The notes under the pieces were generated by a model. It saw only the letters and a list, made by a program, of their open reading frames with translations. It made no database searches and had not been told where the DNA came from. 64,000 nucleotides of DNA from Eledone cirrhosa (taxonomy: Eukaryota). Both the position numbers and the translations under genes were made by a program. Below are positions 1 to 11,820 of the stretch, in pieces. Location of the stretch: the NCBI GenBank assembly GCA_964016885.1, contig OZ024763.1, positions 6,758,001 to 6,822,000 on the forward strand, read 5' to 3'. Numbering within the stretch: position 1 is the stretch's first letter; each line of letters opens with the position of its first letter.

Positions 1-99
1 ATATATCTGTGTGTGTGTGTGTATATATATCTGTGTGTATATATATATATATATCTGTGTGTAATTATATATACAATTTTATCTTCTGTCTATTTTCAG

Positions 100-329
100 C
101 TCTCTTTGGAGTTCTCTTCATGGATCGACAAGAGGCAGCATTTGCCTCATACCGCATGTTTCATGCTACAGGCTGTGCTATTGCCTTTGGTTACAGTTAC
201 TTCCTGTGCGTGGTCACCAAGGTGTACATCCTGGCAGTTGCAATGGGCATCTCACTGCTGGCCTACGGCATCATTGAGTTACGGCTTAGACTACAACAGC
301 AGGACATAAAAGATATTGTAGCGCTGTAG
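100..329 (+). CDS. UNC93A: Terminal coding exon of an UNC93-like (UNC93A) MFS-type membrane protein; upstream exons lie outside the window
   Basis: Polypyrimidine tract and acceptor ttttcag end at 99. The exon translates ALFGVLFMDRQEAAFASYRMFHATGCAIAFGYSYFLCVVTKVYILAVAMGISLLAYGIIE...VAL, stop TAG 327-329. This matches the recalled UNC93A C-terminal pattern ALYGVLF-x4-EAAFANYRLW-x2-LGF-x-IAFGYS-x-FLCV-x2-KLYIL. Confidence 0.88.
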
Positions 330-360
330 TGACAGAGAACTGGTCTCAGGTGGACGGTGG

Positions 361-1145
361 CTGGACAGGTCAACAGATTGACAGATGGACTGATGGTTGG
401 TTGGACAGGTCAACAGATTGACAGATGGACTGATGGTTGGTTGAACAGGTCAACAGATTGACAGATGGACTGATGGTTGGTTGGACAGGTCAACAGATTG
501 ACAGATGGACTGATGGTTGGTTGGACAGGTCAACAGATTGACAGATGGACTGATGGTTGGTTGGACAGGTCAACAGATTGACAGATGGACTGATGGTTGG
601 TTGAACAGGTCAACAGATTGACAGATGGACTGATGGTTGGTTGGACAGGTCAACAGATTGACAGATGGACTGATGGTTGGTTGAACAGGTCAACAGATTG
701 ACAGATGGACTGATGGTTGGCTGGACAGGTCAACAGATTGACAGATGGACTGATGGTTGGTTGAACAGGTCAACAGATTGACAGATGGACTGATGGTTGG
801 TTGGACAGGTCAACAGATTGACAGATGGACTGATGGTTGGTTGAACAGGTCAACAGATTGACAGATGGACTGATGGTTGGTTGAACAGGTCAACAGATTG
901 ACAGATGGACTGATGGATGGCTGGTTAGACAGGTCAACAGATTGACGGATGGACTGATGGATGGATGGATGGCTGGTTGGACAGGTCAACCGATTGACAG
1001 ATAGATGGATGGACTGATGGATGGTTGGTTGGACAGGTCAACAGATTGACAGATGGATGGATGGTTGGTTGGACAAGTCAACATATTGACGGATGGACTG
1101 ATGGATGGTTGGTTGGGCAGGTCAACAGATTGACAGATAGATGGA
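361..1145. repeat. 40-bp minisatellite (ggacaggtcaacagattgacagatggactgatggttggtt), about 14 near-perfect copies then degenerating
   Basis: Directly visible 40-bp periodicity starting about 30 bp after the UNC93A stop codon. Confidence 0.95.
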
Positions 1146-1325
1146 TGGACAGATAGCAAAGCAGCTAGACAGATGGTCATACAGATAGCTAGTGTGACAG
1201 AATCTGACCACTGATAGTTTGACAGATGGAGGAATAGATAGACAGATAGAGAAGAAGACATGTTGACAGAGAGAGAGAGACATAGATAGAGTGACCAACA
1301 CATACAGACAGAGTGACAGAGAGAG

Positions 1326-1366
<41 letters not shown>

Positions 1367-1569
1367 CACAGACAGATAAACATTACTTTCACTTTCACAA
1401 CCCATCACACTACTGCCAAGTGATCACCACGACAACCACCACCGCCACCACCACCTCCAACAGTCATTACAATCCACCACCCCCACACACACACTTACAC
1501 TCATCTCCTCTATCATCAACCATCATCTATGAATGTGTCGGTGTGTCTGTATGTATATATGTGTGTGTG

Positions 1570-1633
<64 letters not shown>

Positions 1634-1789
1634 CATATACATATGTATATATTTATATATATATACATATACATATGTATATATTTATATATATATACAT
1701 ATATATATATATATTTATATATATACATACATATATATATACATATATATATATATATTTATATACATATATATATTTATAAATATAAT

Positions 1790-1833
<44 letters not shown>

Positions 1834-1877
1834 TTTATATACATATATATATTTATAAATATATTTATATATATATA

Positions 1878-1917
<40 letters not shown>

Positions 1918-1949
1918 TATATATATATACATATATATATATATTTATT

Positions 1950-1955
1950 AATAAA
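1950..1955 (+). promoter_or_regulatory. Candidate polyadenylation signal AATAAA for the UNC93A-like transcript
   Basis: First AATAAA I noticed downstream of the stop, followed by T/GT-rich sequence. The AT-rich context makes a chance match likely. Confidence 0.3.
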
Positions 1956-2041
1956 TGTTTGCTCTAGGGTTCTTATATATTTGATATATATTTATCCTAA
2001 TCGAGCCCTCTTTGCATTTTAGTCTTCACATTTATTATTAT

Positions 2042-2083
<42 letters not shown>

Positions 2084-2086
<3 letters not shown>

Positions 2087-2323
2087 AACGTTTGTATTTG
2101 GAAGGCCAAGACAATGCAGGTATGGACATAGAATATAAATACAAATGCAAAAGATATTGTTGACAATTAGTCTTTTGCCTTAAATTTATTTAAATGTCCT
2201 TAATTTTCGAGATAATATCTCTTCTTCGGAGGGAAGTAAAGGGGTTAATCCAGTGATTCTAAATAGCTTGCCAAGTCTTTAGAATACCTGCATTGTTTTG
2301 GCCTTACAACTCCAAACGTTTAT
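2084..2323 (-). mobile_element. Penelope-like terminal-repeat relic: ~40-bp inverted repeats flanking a decayed hammerhead motif
   Basis: 2084-2123 ataaacgtttgtatttggaaggccaagacaatgcaggtat is the inverted copy of 2284-2323. Minus strand 2198-2232 reads cct-CCGAAGA-agagat-att-atctc-GAAA-at-TA-agg. Confidence 0.5.
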
Positions 2324-2398
2324 ACCTCATTACACAATGCTTCAAGTGAACTATAACTTCCTCCATATACACATATATACACACACATATATATATAT

Positions 2399-2429
<31 letters not shown>

Positions 2430-4212
2430 AAAAACCTGACCAGAGCCCCAAATGGTTTCAGCATTTGTTGAGGTGGTGAAGTCCCTAATATTGGCGCTAC
2501 AGTTGGAACTCTCCATATCCCTATACTCTACATCTCCCCATGTGTGTATATAAGTATGTAGGAATAAATGGCATGTGTATATAATGTGTGTGTGTGTGTA
2601 TCTGTATATATATATATGTGTGTATGTATATATAATGTGTGTGTGTGTATATATATGTGTGTGTATGTGTATATAATGTGTGTGTGTGTGTATCTGTATA
2701 TATATATATGTGTGTGTGTGTATGTATAATAATGTGTGTGTGTGTATATATATGTGTGTATGTGTATATAATGTGTGTGTGTATATATATATATGTGTGT
2801 ATGTGTATATAATGTGTGTGTGTGTATGTGTATATAATGTGTGTATATTTGTGTGTAAGTGTATATGTGTGTGTGTGTATGTGTATATATGTGTGTGTAT
2901 ATGTGTGTGTGTATGTGTATATGTAATATTGTTATTGAATATCCTCTCCTCACCACCACCATCACCACCACCACCATCATCATCATCACCATCATCACCA
3001 TCACCACCACCATCACCACCACCACCATCATCATCATCACCATCATCACCATCACCACCACCATCACCACCACCACCATCACCACCATCACCATCACCAC
3101 CATCATAATCACCACCATCACCATCACCACCATCACCATCACCACCATCATCGCTATTATCTCTATCCTCCCCATCTTCCTCCATATACATCAGTTTGTC
3201 CACACTTGCATGGGTTGTATAGGTTTACTCCTACATAGTGTCTGGTCCCATGTGACAGTCCTTCTTCATCCTCTTTGTAGAGAAGTCCCTGATATTGTAA
3301 TCAACATCCACCCCTTCTCCACCCCTTCCATCTTTGTCTTCCACAGGCTTCCTTGCCCCCCCCCCCCATCACCACACTTGCCTCTCGTTCATCCTACATA
3401 AACATCACATGTCGATACCAGTGCAGTCTTCTATTTTGTTGTTCGAGTGGTGGTGTTGGGGTGGTGGCCTCTCTACAATTGATTCCCTCTTATGCACAAT
3501 TGTTTTTTTTCTAACTCGCTACCCTTATGCTCCATCACACTTGCCACTCCTTCATCCTTTATAAGCATAACATGTCGATACCAGTGCAGTCTCCTTTTTT
3601 TTTTTTTTTTTTTTTTTTTTCGAGTGGTGGTCAGGAAGTTGTGGGCATACTACAGTTTTTTTTTCTAACCTGCTACCCCTATGCTCCAGCATGCTTGCCA
3701 CGCCTTCATCCTACATTCGAGTCCTGTTTTACACATTTTTGTTATGAAACCTGTAACACCTCAACTCATCCATGCCCTATGATTCATGTACACTAACATT
3801 ACACATCAAACGGAGCATACCTGCCCCATTTCCTTCTACCAAGGCTTTACACATACGTCGCCATATTGAAAGCCAATACACCCAACTACAACAAGATGCA
3901 CTCGTGCACATATATGCATACAGGGCAGAGGCAGAAAATATAAGTGAAATATGATGAAATAGAAAACAAAAGAAAACAAACATAACACCATCACAATCAT
4001 AATAACTGCTGTTGTGTATTTATACATTTTGTGTCACAAAAGCATATATATATATATATATATACACATATATATATATGCATATTTATATGTGTGTATG
4101 TATATATATATATAGTTTATTGGTGTGTAAAGTTAAGTTGCTATTGAGAACTCGATACCTAAGTGGGTCCCGTTGTTGATGTGGTAGACTACTTCGGTAT
4201 TACACTGTCTGT

Positions 4213-4246
<34 letters not shown>

Positions 4247-4398
4247 ATGTATGTATGTGTATATATATATATATACACATATGTTAATAGAGTCAGCGCT
4301 CCTGGTTTCTATAAACTCTATACAATATAAATGAACTCCTGTAGAACTAAAACTGTAACAAAAAATTAATTTCCAACTGCACGTAGAAAATCTGAGCA

Positions 4399-4581
4399 AC
4401 CATGGAAACACGGTACCATGGAGCCACGGAACCATGGAAACACGGTACCATGGAGCCACGGAACCATGGAAACACGGTACCATGGAGCCACGGAACCATG
4501 GAAACACGGTACCATGGAGCCACGGAACCATGGAAACACGGTACCATGGAGCCACGGAACCATGGAAACACGGTACCATGG
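4399..4581. repeat. 32-bp tandem repeat (accatggaaacacggtaccatggagccacgga), ~5.7 copies, built of two 16-bp subunits
   Basis: Exact periodicity; internal palindromes CCATGG and GGTACC. Confidence 0.95.
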
Positions 4582-4673
4582 ACACACGGAACTCTTTTAA
4601 GCGAGCGAAACTTTACAGTAAAAAATAAAATTAAATTGATTAAAAAAGCAACAATGTAGTAGTAATAAACTGA

Positions 4674-4846
4674 CAGACCTTCTAACCTCTACAAACGGAA
4701 ACGGGGAGAACCATGAAAAAAAGGGGAGGCAAAATGGGGAGATTTTACATAATGAAAGCTATACCCATTTTCAAAAGTCAAGACATCTCGCACCCACCTC
4801 AAATTGGGTGGAGATCTCTCAGTCGGACGGGAGAGTTGACAGGTCT
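4674..4846. mobile_element. MITE (CAG-terminated TIRs, hAT-like), copy 1
   Basis: Left end cagaccttctaacctct and right end gagagttgacaggtct are imperfect inverted repeats. The internal sequence is homologous to 5232-5394. Confidence 0.65.
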
Positions 4847-4878
4847 TATATATATATATATAAATATATATATATATA

Positions 4879-4937
<59 letters not shown>

Positions 4938-5058
4938 ATATATATATAAATAGCTTTTCTCACTATTTAATGTTGTAGTGGGAACTCTGTTTTCATTTGA
5001 GTTGCCATCTTCTGGATACTAGCTTAATTAAAACATCGAGTGAGTGGGTCCTCAGTAT

Positions 5059-5098
<40 letters not shown>

Positions 5099-5191
5099 AA
5101 CGAGTAGGACCCCGACGGCTGAGCTCAAACCCTAAGTATTGAGTACTTTGGTGCGTTATGTTCCACCTGGTTCCTTACCACATTTCCTTCG

Positions 5192-5229
<38 letters not shown>

Positions 5230-5231
5230 AT

Positions 5232-5394
5232 CAGACCTGCCAGCCTCTAAAATTCTAAACGGGGAGTACCATGAAAAAAAGAGCCCTAAAACGGGGAAAA
5301 ATGAGGCAAAATGGGGAGATTTTACGTAATGAAAGCTGTACCCATTTTCACAAGAGAAGATCTCACCGTCTGAGGGGGAGAGTTGACAGGTCGG
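5232..5394. mobile_element. MITE (same family), copy 2
   Basis: Ends cagacctgccagcctct and gagagttgacaggtcgg. Shares gaggcaaaatggggagattttac.taatgaaagct.tacccattttca with copy 1. Confidence 0.65.
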
Positions 5395-5926
5395 TAATAA
5401 TAAAATGAAATAGTAGCTGCAAAACACTTTTTTAACTATTCAGCATTGTCATGTGATGGATTCTTTGTAATATGACTAATTTTTCAGTTTCTATTGTATT
5501 AAAGTAAATACTTCAACTGAAGAAGGGTAACTTTTTTTTTCCAGCTTGTTCAATGCAAAATTATATTTCAATCTGTAAATACCTGTGTCCTACAAGAAGA
5601 ATAAATAAAACGTAGTTTTCTATATTATATCGTTAATTTGTTATCATTTTAAACCATATTTTATGGAAGCCTTTGGCAAACTTGTTTATATATAACCTTA
5701 TTTAACCTGATTGTATGTTCGTTGTTGTGGTGGCTTCTGTGGCTTTGTCCCCTTTTAACGTATGTTTATTACTGTAACATCGATTTATCGATATCTTCTT
5801 ATTGAGTGATTCGTGCAAAGCTTCCGAATACTGTTGATTTTTTTTTTTCGTGGATGCTGGCCGAGAGCCGCAACTTTGATTTTACTCTCTTCCACTCTTT
5901 TAACTACACACTTTGAGACAAGCCAA

Positions 5927-6260
5927 CAGGTGATGGCGAGGCTAAGGCGCTGAAATAACCAGGCACCCCCACGGGCATCACCTGACATCTCAGTAAGGTG
6001 AGCCGCCAATGAAGACAAGAACTTCGCTGTTAGCGCCCCAACCCCACCAAACGTCTCGAACGCCACAGGCGGGAAAAAATAATCACTTGATAAATTCTGG
6101 TATTTCCGAATTTTATTCCGTTCGACAGCGGAAAGCAGTGACCCCCCCCCCCCCACACACATTTACTGCGGCGTTCACAATGTGGGAGGGAGCAAAAGAG
6201 TCACTGACTATGGCGTCCCAGATGAGGCACCTACCTCTCACCCAGGGACAAAGGGTAAGT
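5927..6260 (-). mobile_element. Fragment of a CRE-like non-LTR retrotransposon (restriction-like endonuclease C-terminus), frameshifted
   Basis: Minus strand reads TLVPWVRGRCLIWDAIVSDSFAPSH, then after a poly-G slip VERNKIRKYQNLSSDYFFPPVAFETFGGVG...GDARGGAWLFQRLSLAI. These are the PW-x2-G-x2-L-x-WD, K-x2-KY, P-x-A-x-ET-x-G and QRLS-x-A motifs of RLE domains. Confidence 0.8.
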
Positions 6261-7049
6261 TAGACATCTCAATGAAAGGATAAAATATCACTCGGAGAAG
6301 CAATTTTACATATTACACTTACATATACATACATACACACACATATATATATGTGTGTGTGAGTGTGTATGTGTATATATATATATGTGTGAGTGTGTGT
6401 GTATACATATATATATGTGTGTGTGTACATATCTATATATATATATATATATATATGTGTGAGTGTACATATATATTATATATATATGCGTGTGTATATA
6501 TATATATTTTATATATATATTTATACAGTTAAAATTCCGTTATAACGAATTCCATTATAACAATTTTTTTTTCAATCCCCTGGCACAAGCTTATTTGAAA
6601 CAACGATAAAAGAATCTCGTTATAACGAAATTCATTACAACGAATATTTCAGAACAACGAACAAAAATTGAACCCCAAGCAGTCAAAATTCTTCGCTACA
6701 ACGAAAAAAATAAAAGGTCGATGCACTCCATTTCATAGAATTATCCAACCAAAAGACTCGAACCCCCAAATGCTGCTTCCAATTCTCCTCACGTTGTCTT
6801 TCTACTATCACACACGTGACTATTCAATTGTCGATGTTTTAAAACAATAGACTCGTCCTTTACAAACATCTCTCTGCCGTTTTAAAACAATAGACTCGTC
6901 CTTTACAAACATCTCTCTGCCTTTCTTGTTCTTAGAAGCCCCAGAGAAGTTCTCTAACTGTAATATCAGGACTAATTAAGTACAATATATCTAAGGCAAC
7001 ATTTCTACAGTCAGGTTTCAATATCTTTCTTGTTATTATTTTATATTTA

Positions 7050-7303
7050 ATGTGGATTGGCAGTATCGGTGGAGGGTCGGACGCCATGCTTTGTAGCATA
7101 GAGTCACGCCCCTTTACGGTCTTAGTTCAAATCTGTGGAGGGTCGGACGCCATGCTTTGTAGCATAGAGTCATGCCCCTTTACGGTCTTAGTTCAAATCC
7201 CGCCGAGGTTAACTTTGCCTTTCATCCTTACGGTGTCGATAAAATAAAGTACCAGTAATACACTGGGATAATTGATGGCCTTGTGCCAAAAGTAGAAATA
7301 ATT
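7050..7303 (+). mobile_element. tRNA-derived SINE family A with internal duplication of the head, nested in the Tigger-like element
   Basis: A box-like tggcagtatcgg, B box-like gttcaaatcc, core gaggttaactttgcctttcatccttacggtgtcgataaaataaagtaccagt shared with many copies in the window. Confidence 0.85.
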
Positions 7304-7415
7304 ATTTTGTATTTAATGTTCTATCTACATTGTTCTCAAATTCTTCTCACTGATATTCTAAACTAAAAAAAACATGTTTGCTATAAGTCAGTAAAGTCGT
7401 ACATTCAGTATAGAG

Positions 7416-7711
7416 CAGTGGCGTGCAACAGGCGGCCCGCGGGTTACAATCCGACCCGCGATGACCGTCTTTATTTTCACCTTGTAGGTTTATTTAGAAC
7501 TATTTTCGTTACTGTAATACAATTTTCTGTTAGTTGACCTATACTAAAGGGCTTCACTGATAGGGTTATGTGTGTTATAATTTCCCAGTTGCATGTTATG
7601 GAAAGAAGTTGTGGTGAATCTTTGGAATAGTGCTTAATAAATATTGATGGCCCTATTAGTTGTTCCAATGTTCAAAAGTGGCCCGCCAATGGAATATATT
7701 GCACACACCTG
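7416..7711. mobile_element. hAT (Charlie-type) MITE with 8-bp target-site duplication
   Basis: Ends cagtggcgtgcaa and ttgcacacacctg; subterminal gcggcccgc motifs; perfect TSD gtatagag at 7408-7415 and 7712-7719. Confidence 0.88.
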
Positions 7712-8340
7712 GTATAGAGTATCTATTTGGAAAAAAAAAAAAAAAAAAAAAAAAAATATTTGTTCTTACTAATTCGATTGATTCTTTGTCGACTTACTAT
7801 TGAAATTTGGATACTTTTGCACACACAAGGAACAAAGTAAATTGTACTGTTTTGATTTGGTTTTGCGAAATTTCTATTTTGAACCCCAAAGCAAAGGATA
7901 CCCATCTGTTATTGTGGTTTTATATAAATAATGGAAAAAAAAGCCGACAGTTTTTTGTTTCACGAAAAGTTGGAAATTCTGATTCTGAGAAAAGAAAGAC
8001 GTTGCTTTACAGTTTAACTCCGTCGACCTTAGACACGATTGTTAAGAATCAGTCTAAAGTTAAAGAAAAATCTAAAGGCAAATTTTGGTCCACAACAAAA
8101 ACGCCTAAGGACTGCGATGTTGGAAGATATTTGAAAGATATTTATTTATATTTTATTGCACGATACAGTCGTATTGCAGGTATGTTTTAATTAATTTATT
8201 GTTTAATTGTTAAATACGAGGTAATAACAAACAATCCCTCGACTTGTTTCGGTTGATCTCGTTATAAAGATTTTTCGTGACAACGAATGTTTTTTTATAC
8301 CCCGTGAATTTCGTTACAACGGAATTTCATTGTATATAAA

Positions 8341-8426
<86 letters not shown>

Positions 8427-8542
8427 ATATATCTAAGTTTATCACGGGTTCCATCGGGGCTAACCACAGTAAGTAAGGTACTCAATACATAGCAGAGTAT
8501 AAATATTTAACAGTTCTAGTCCTGTAGAAGCTGTTTCTATAT

Positions 8543-8580
<38 letters not shown>

Positions 8581-8583
<3 letters not shown>

Positions 8584-8713
8584 AGAGTCAGGACCCCGAC
8601 GGCTGAGCTCCGGCCGTTTCGACAGCTAGGTCCGAACCTAGCTGTCGAAACGGCTGGAGTATCTTCTACCCTAAGTATCGAGTACTCTGGTTCCTTACCA
8701 CACTTTCTTTGTC

Positions 8714-8715
<2 letters not shown>
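8581..8715. mobile_element. Short dispersed repeat with palindromic core (other copies ~5097-5190, 21388-21471, 24714-24866, 40829-40920)
   Basis: Shared segments ggaccccgacggctgagctc and ccctaagtat.gagtactctgg...ttccttaccaca; hairpin at 8608-8659. Confidence 0.75.
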
Positions 8716-8744
<29 letters not shown>

Positions 8745-8829
8745 CACACACACACACACATACATGCACATTGAGGATGAAGAACTCAGAGCTGTACAGG
8801 ATAGAGAGATAGATAGATATATGAAGGTC

Positions 8830-9130
8830 GATTATATCGATACCATTTTCATGAGAGATACTCTTTTATCGACCCCGGAAATATGAAAGGAAAAGCTGAC
8901 CTCGGCGGAATTAGAACACGGAACGTAAAGAATGGTTTCTGGTTTAGACACAAAGTAAACAACTTTGAGCGGAAGAGGAAAGTCGATTAAATCGACCCCA
9001 ATGCGTTACTGGTACTTTATTTTATAAACCTCGGAAAGATGAACAGAAAAGTTAACCTCGGCAGGATATGAACTCAGTACGTAAAGGGTCGTAACTCTAT
9101 GCTGCAAAGCATGTTGTCTGACGCTCTACC
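8830..9130 (-). mobile_element. SINE family A, two partial copies
   Basis: Reverse complement of the core: actggtactttattttat...gaaagatgaacagaaaagttaacctcggcaggatatgaactcag. Confidence 0.75.
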
Positions 9131-9300
9131 GGTGTGTGTGAGAGAGAGAGAGAGAGTGATCTACAAACACTGGGCTGGGAGTTTAACGACCCTAAAAGGC
9201 TGACATCCAAAGTTGACCGTAGCGTGATTTGAACTCCGGACCTAGAGATCCCGACTGGACATGAAACACTCTGCCGAATACCAAATCAACCATCTTCATC

Positions 9301-10233
9301 TATATTATACTATACTATATTACACTACATTGTATTATACTATACTATATTACACTACATTGTATTATACTATACTTTATTACACTACATTGTATTATAC
9401 TATACTATATTACACTACATTGTATTATACTATACTATATTACACTACATTGTATTATACTATACTTTATTACACTACATTGTATTATACTATACTTTAT
9501 TACACTACATTGTATTATACTATACTATACTATATTACACTACATTGTATTATACTATACTATATTACACTACATTGTATTATACTATACTTTATTACAC
9601 TACATCTATATTATACTATACTTTATTACACTACATCTATATTATACTATACTTTATTACACTACATTGTATTATACTATACTATATTACACTACATTGT
9701 ATTATACTATACTATATTACACTACATTGTATTATACTATACTTTATTACACTACATCTATATTATACTATACTTTATTACACTACATCTATATTATACT
9801 ATACTTTATTACACTACATTGTATTATACTATACTATATTACACTACATTGTATTATACTATACTATATTACACTACATCTATATTATACTATATTATAT
9901 TACACTACATTGTATTATACTATACTATATTACACTACATTGTATTATACTATACTTTATTACACTACATTGTATTATACTATACTATATTACACTACAT
10001 TGTATTATACTATACTTTATTACACTACATTGTATTATACTATACTATATTACACTACATTGTATTATACTATACTATATTACACTACATTGTATTATAC
10101 TATACTTTATTACACTACATTGTATTATACTATACTATATTACACTACATCTATATTATACTATACTTTATTACACTACATTGTATTATACTATACTTTA
10201 TTACACTACATTGTATTATACTATACTATATTA
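9301..10233. repeat. ~30-bp satellite (tgtattatactatactatattacactacat) with 5-bp sub-periodicity
   Basis: About 30 visible copies; accounts for ORFs 9261..10298 and similar. Confidence 0.95.
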
Positions 10234-10236
10234 TAA

Positions 10237-10343
10237 CTCCCGCCGAGGTTAACTTTGCCTTTCATCCTTACGGGGTCGATAAAATAAAGTACCAGTAATA
10301 TACTGGGTGATTGCTGGCCTTGTGCCAAAAGTAGAAACAATTA
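10237..10343 (+). mobile_element. SINE family A, 5'-truncated
   Basis: cccgccgaggttaactttgcctttcatccttacggggtcgataaaataaagtaccagt...ggccttgtgccaaaagtagaaacaatta. Confidence 0.85.
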
Positions 10344-10584
10344 TAACTTACTATACTATACTAAACTAAACTAAACTATAATATACTATACTGCTGTTCA
10401 TCGTACCCTCGCTCTCATATCGATCTAGAACAGTATTAATCAATAAAAAATCAATATGTTTGTATAATATTGATTTCATTATGATGAAAACTGAAGTGAA
10501 TATAAACAAGATATTATTTATAGATGTTACTATATAACTTTGACTTACAGAGAATCTTGTCTCTTGCTAGCGAGGGTAACAATG

Positions 10585-11200
10585 GAGAACCTGTGGCTTA
10601 CTGGTTAGGGCAGGTTCGAGTTCGATTCCCAGGAATTACCACTTTGTAGTAATAGTATTAGTGAAGATGTATGAGTTAGTAGTTAGGGTGTTTCACTCAC
10701 AATTCTACCGTCACGCGTTCGATTCCCAGGGATTACCACTGTGTAGGTTTAGTGGTTAGGTAGGGTGTTGGGGGTCACAATTCTGACGTCAAGAGTTCGA
10801 ATCCCAGTAATTATCTGTGTGCAGTATTAGTATTAATGAAGATGGATAAGTTAGTGTTACACTCAGAATTCTATTGTCTCGAGTTCAATTCCCAGTAATT
10901 ACCACTGTGTAGTAATAGTATTAATGAAAATGTATGAGTTAGTAGTTAGGGTGTTGGACCAACAATTCTATCATCACGAGTTCAATTCCCAGTAATTACC
11001 ACTGTGTAGTAATAGTATTAATGAAAATGTATGAGTTAATAGTTAGGGTGTTGGACCAACAATTCTATCATCACGAGTTCGATTCCCAGTAATTACTAGT
11101 GTGTAGTTTTAGTATCAGTGAAGATGTATGGCTGAGGGTGTTGGACTCACGGCCGTCATGTCAGGAGTTCAATTCCCAGTAATTTCCAGTGTATTACTGG
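10585..11200 (+). repeat. Tandem array (~97-bp unit, about 6-7 diverged copies) of tRNA-like SINE heads
   Basis: Units carry A box-like gagttagtagttagg and B box-like gagttcgattccc. gtatgag recurs at 10932 and 11029. A family B SINE body follows at ~11210-11322. Confidence 0.75.
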
Positions 11201-11561
11201 TATTAGTAAAGGTGAATGACCTGGAGGTTAGAATGTTCAGATAGCAAACCTGTCAGTTCAATTTCTGGACTGTTGTGTCCTTGAGCAAGATACTTTACTA
11301 TACATTCCTCCAGTCCATTACATATTGGTAGTAGTAGTGGTGGTGGTGGTAGTGGTAGTAGTGGTGGTGGTGGTGGTGGTGGTGGTGGTAGTGGTAGTAG
11401 TGGTGGTGGTGGTGGTGGTGGTAGTGGTGGTGGTAGTGGTGGTGGTGGTGGTGGTGGTGGTAGCAATAGTGGTAATAGTAGTGGTAGTGGTAGTAGTAGT
11501 GGTAGTATTACAATTGCACCACCTGCCTTGCTTCCTTCATCAATCATCCGACATGCCTTGA

Positions 11562-11644
<83 letters not shown>

Positions 11645-11789
11645 TACACACACACATATATATATCTATATACATATACACACATAACATATATATATAT
11701 AATATATACACACACATATATATATATATATATACATATACACACATAACATATATATATATAATATATATATATATATGTTATGTATG

Positions 11790-11820
<31 letters not shown>

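Larger units (their letters stand above)
6526..8332 (+). mobile_element. Non-autonomous Tigger/pogo-like (Tc1/mariner superfamily) element with decayed transposase N-terminus
   Basis: TIRs cagttaaaattccgttataacgaa and ttcgttacaacggaatttcattg, each flanked by TA. Region ~7930-8165 encodes remnants such as LTPSTLDTIVKNQSKVKE, resembling the HTH_psq/CENP-B DNA-binding region. Confidence 0.75.

Noticed and set aside
361-4581. CRISPR-like appearance of the 40-bp and 32-bp arrays
   Set aside because: Units are head-to-tail with no unique spacers, there are no cas genes, and the context is eukaryotic.
10585-11200. tRNA gene cluster
   Set aside because: A and B boxes are present, but I could not form acceptor and anticodon stems; units match SINE heads.
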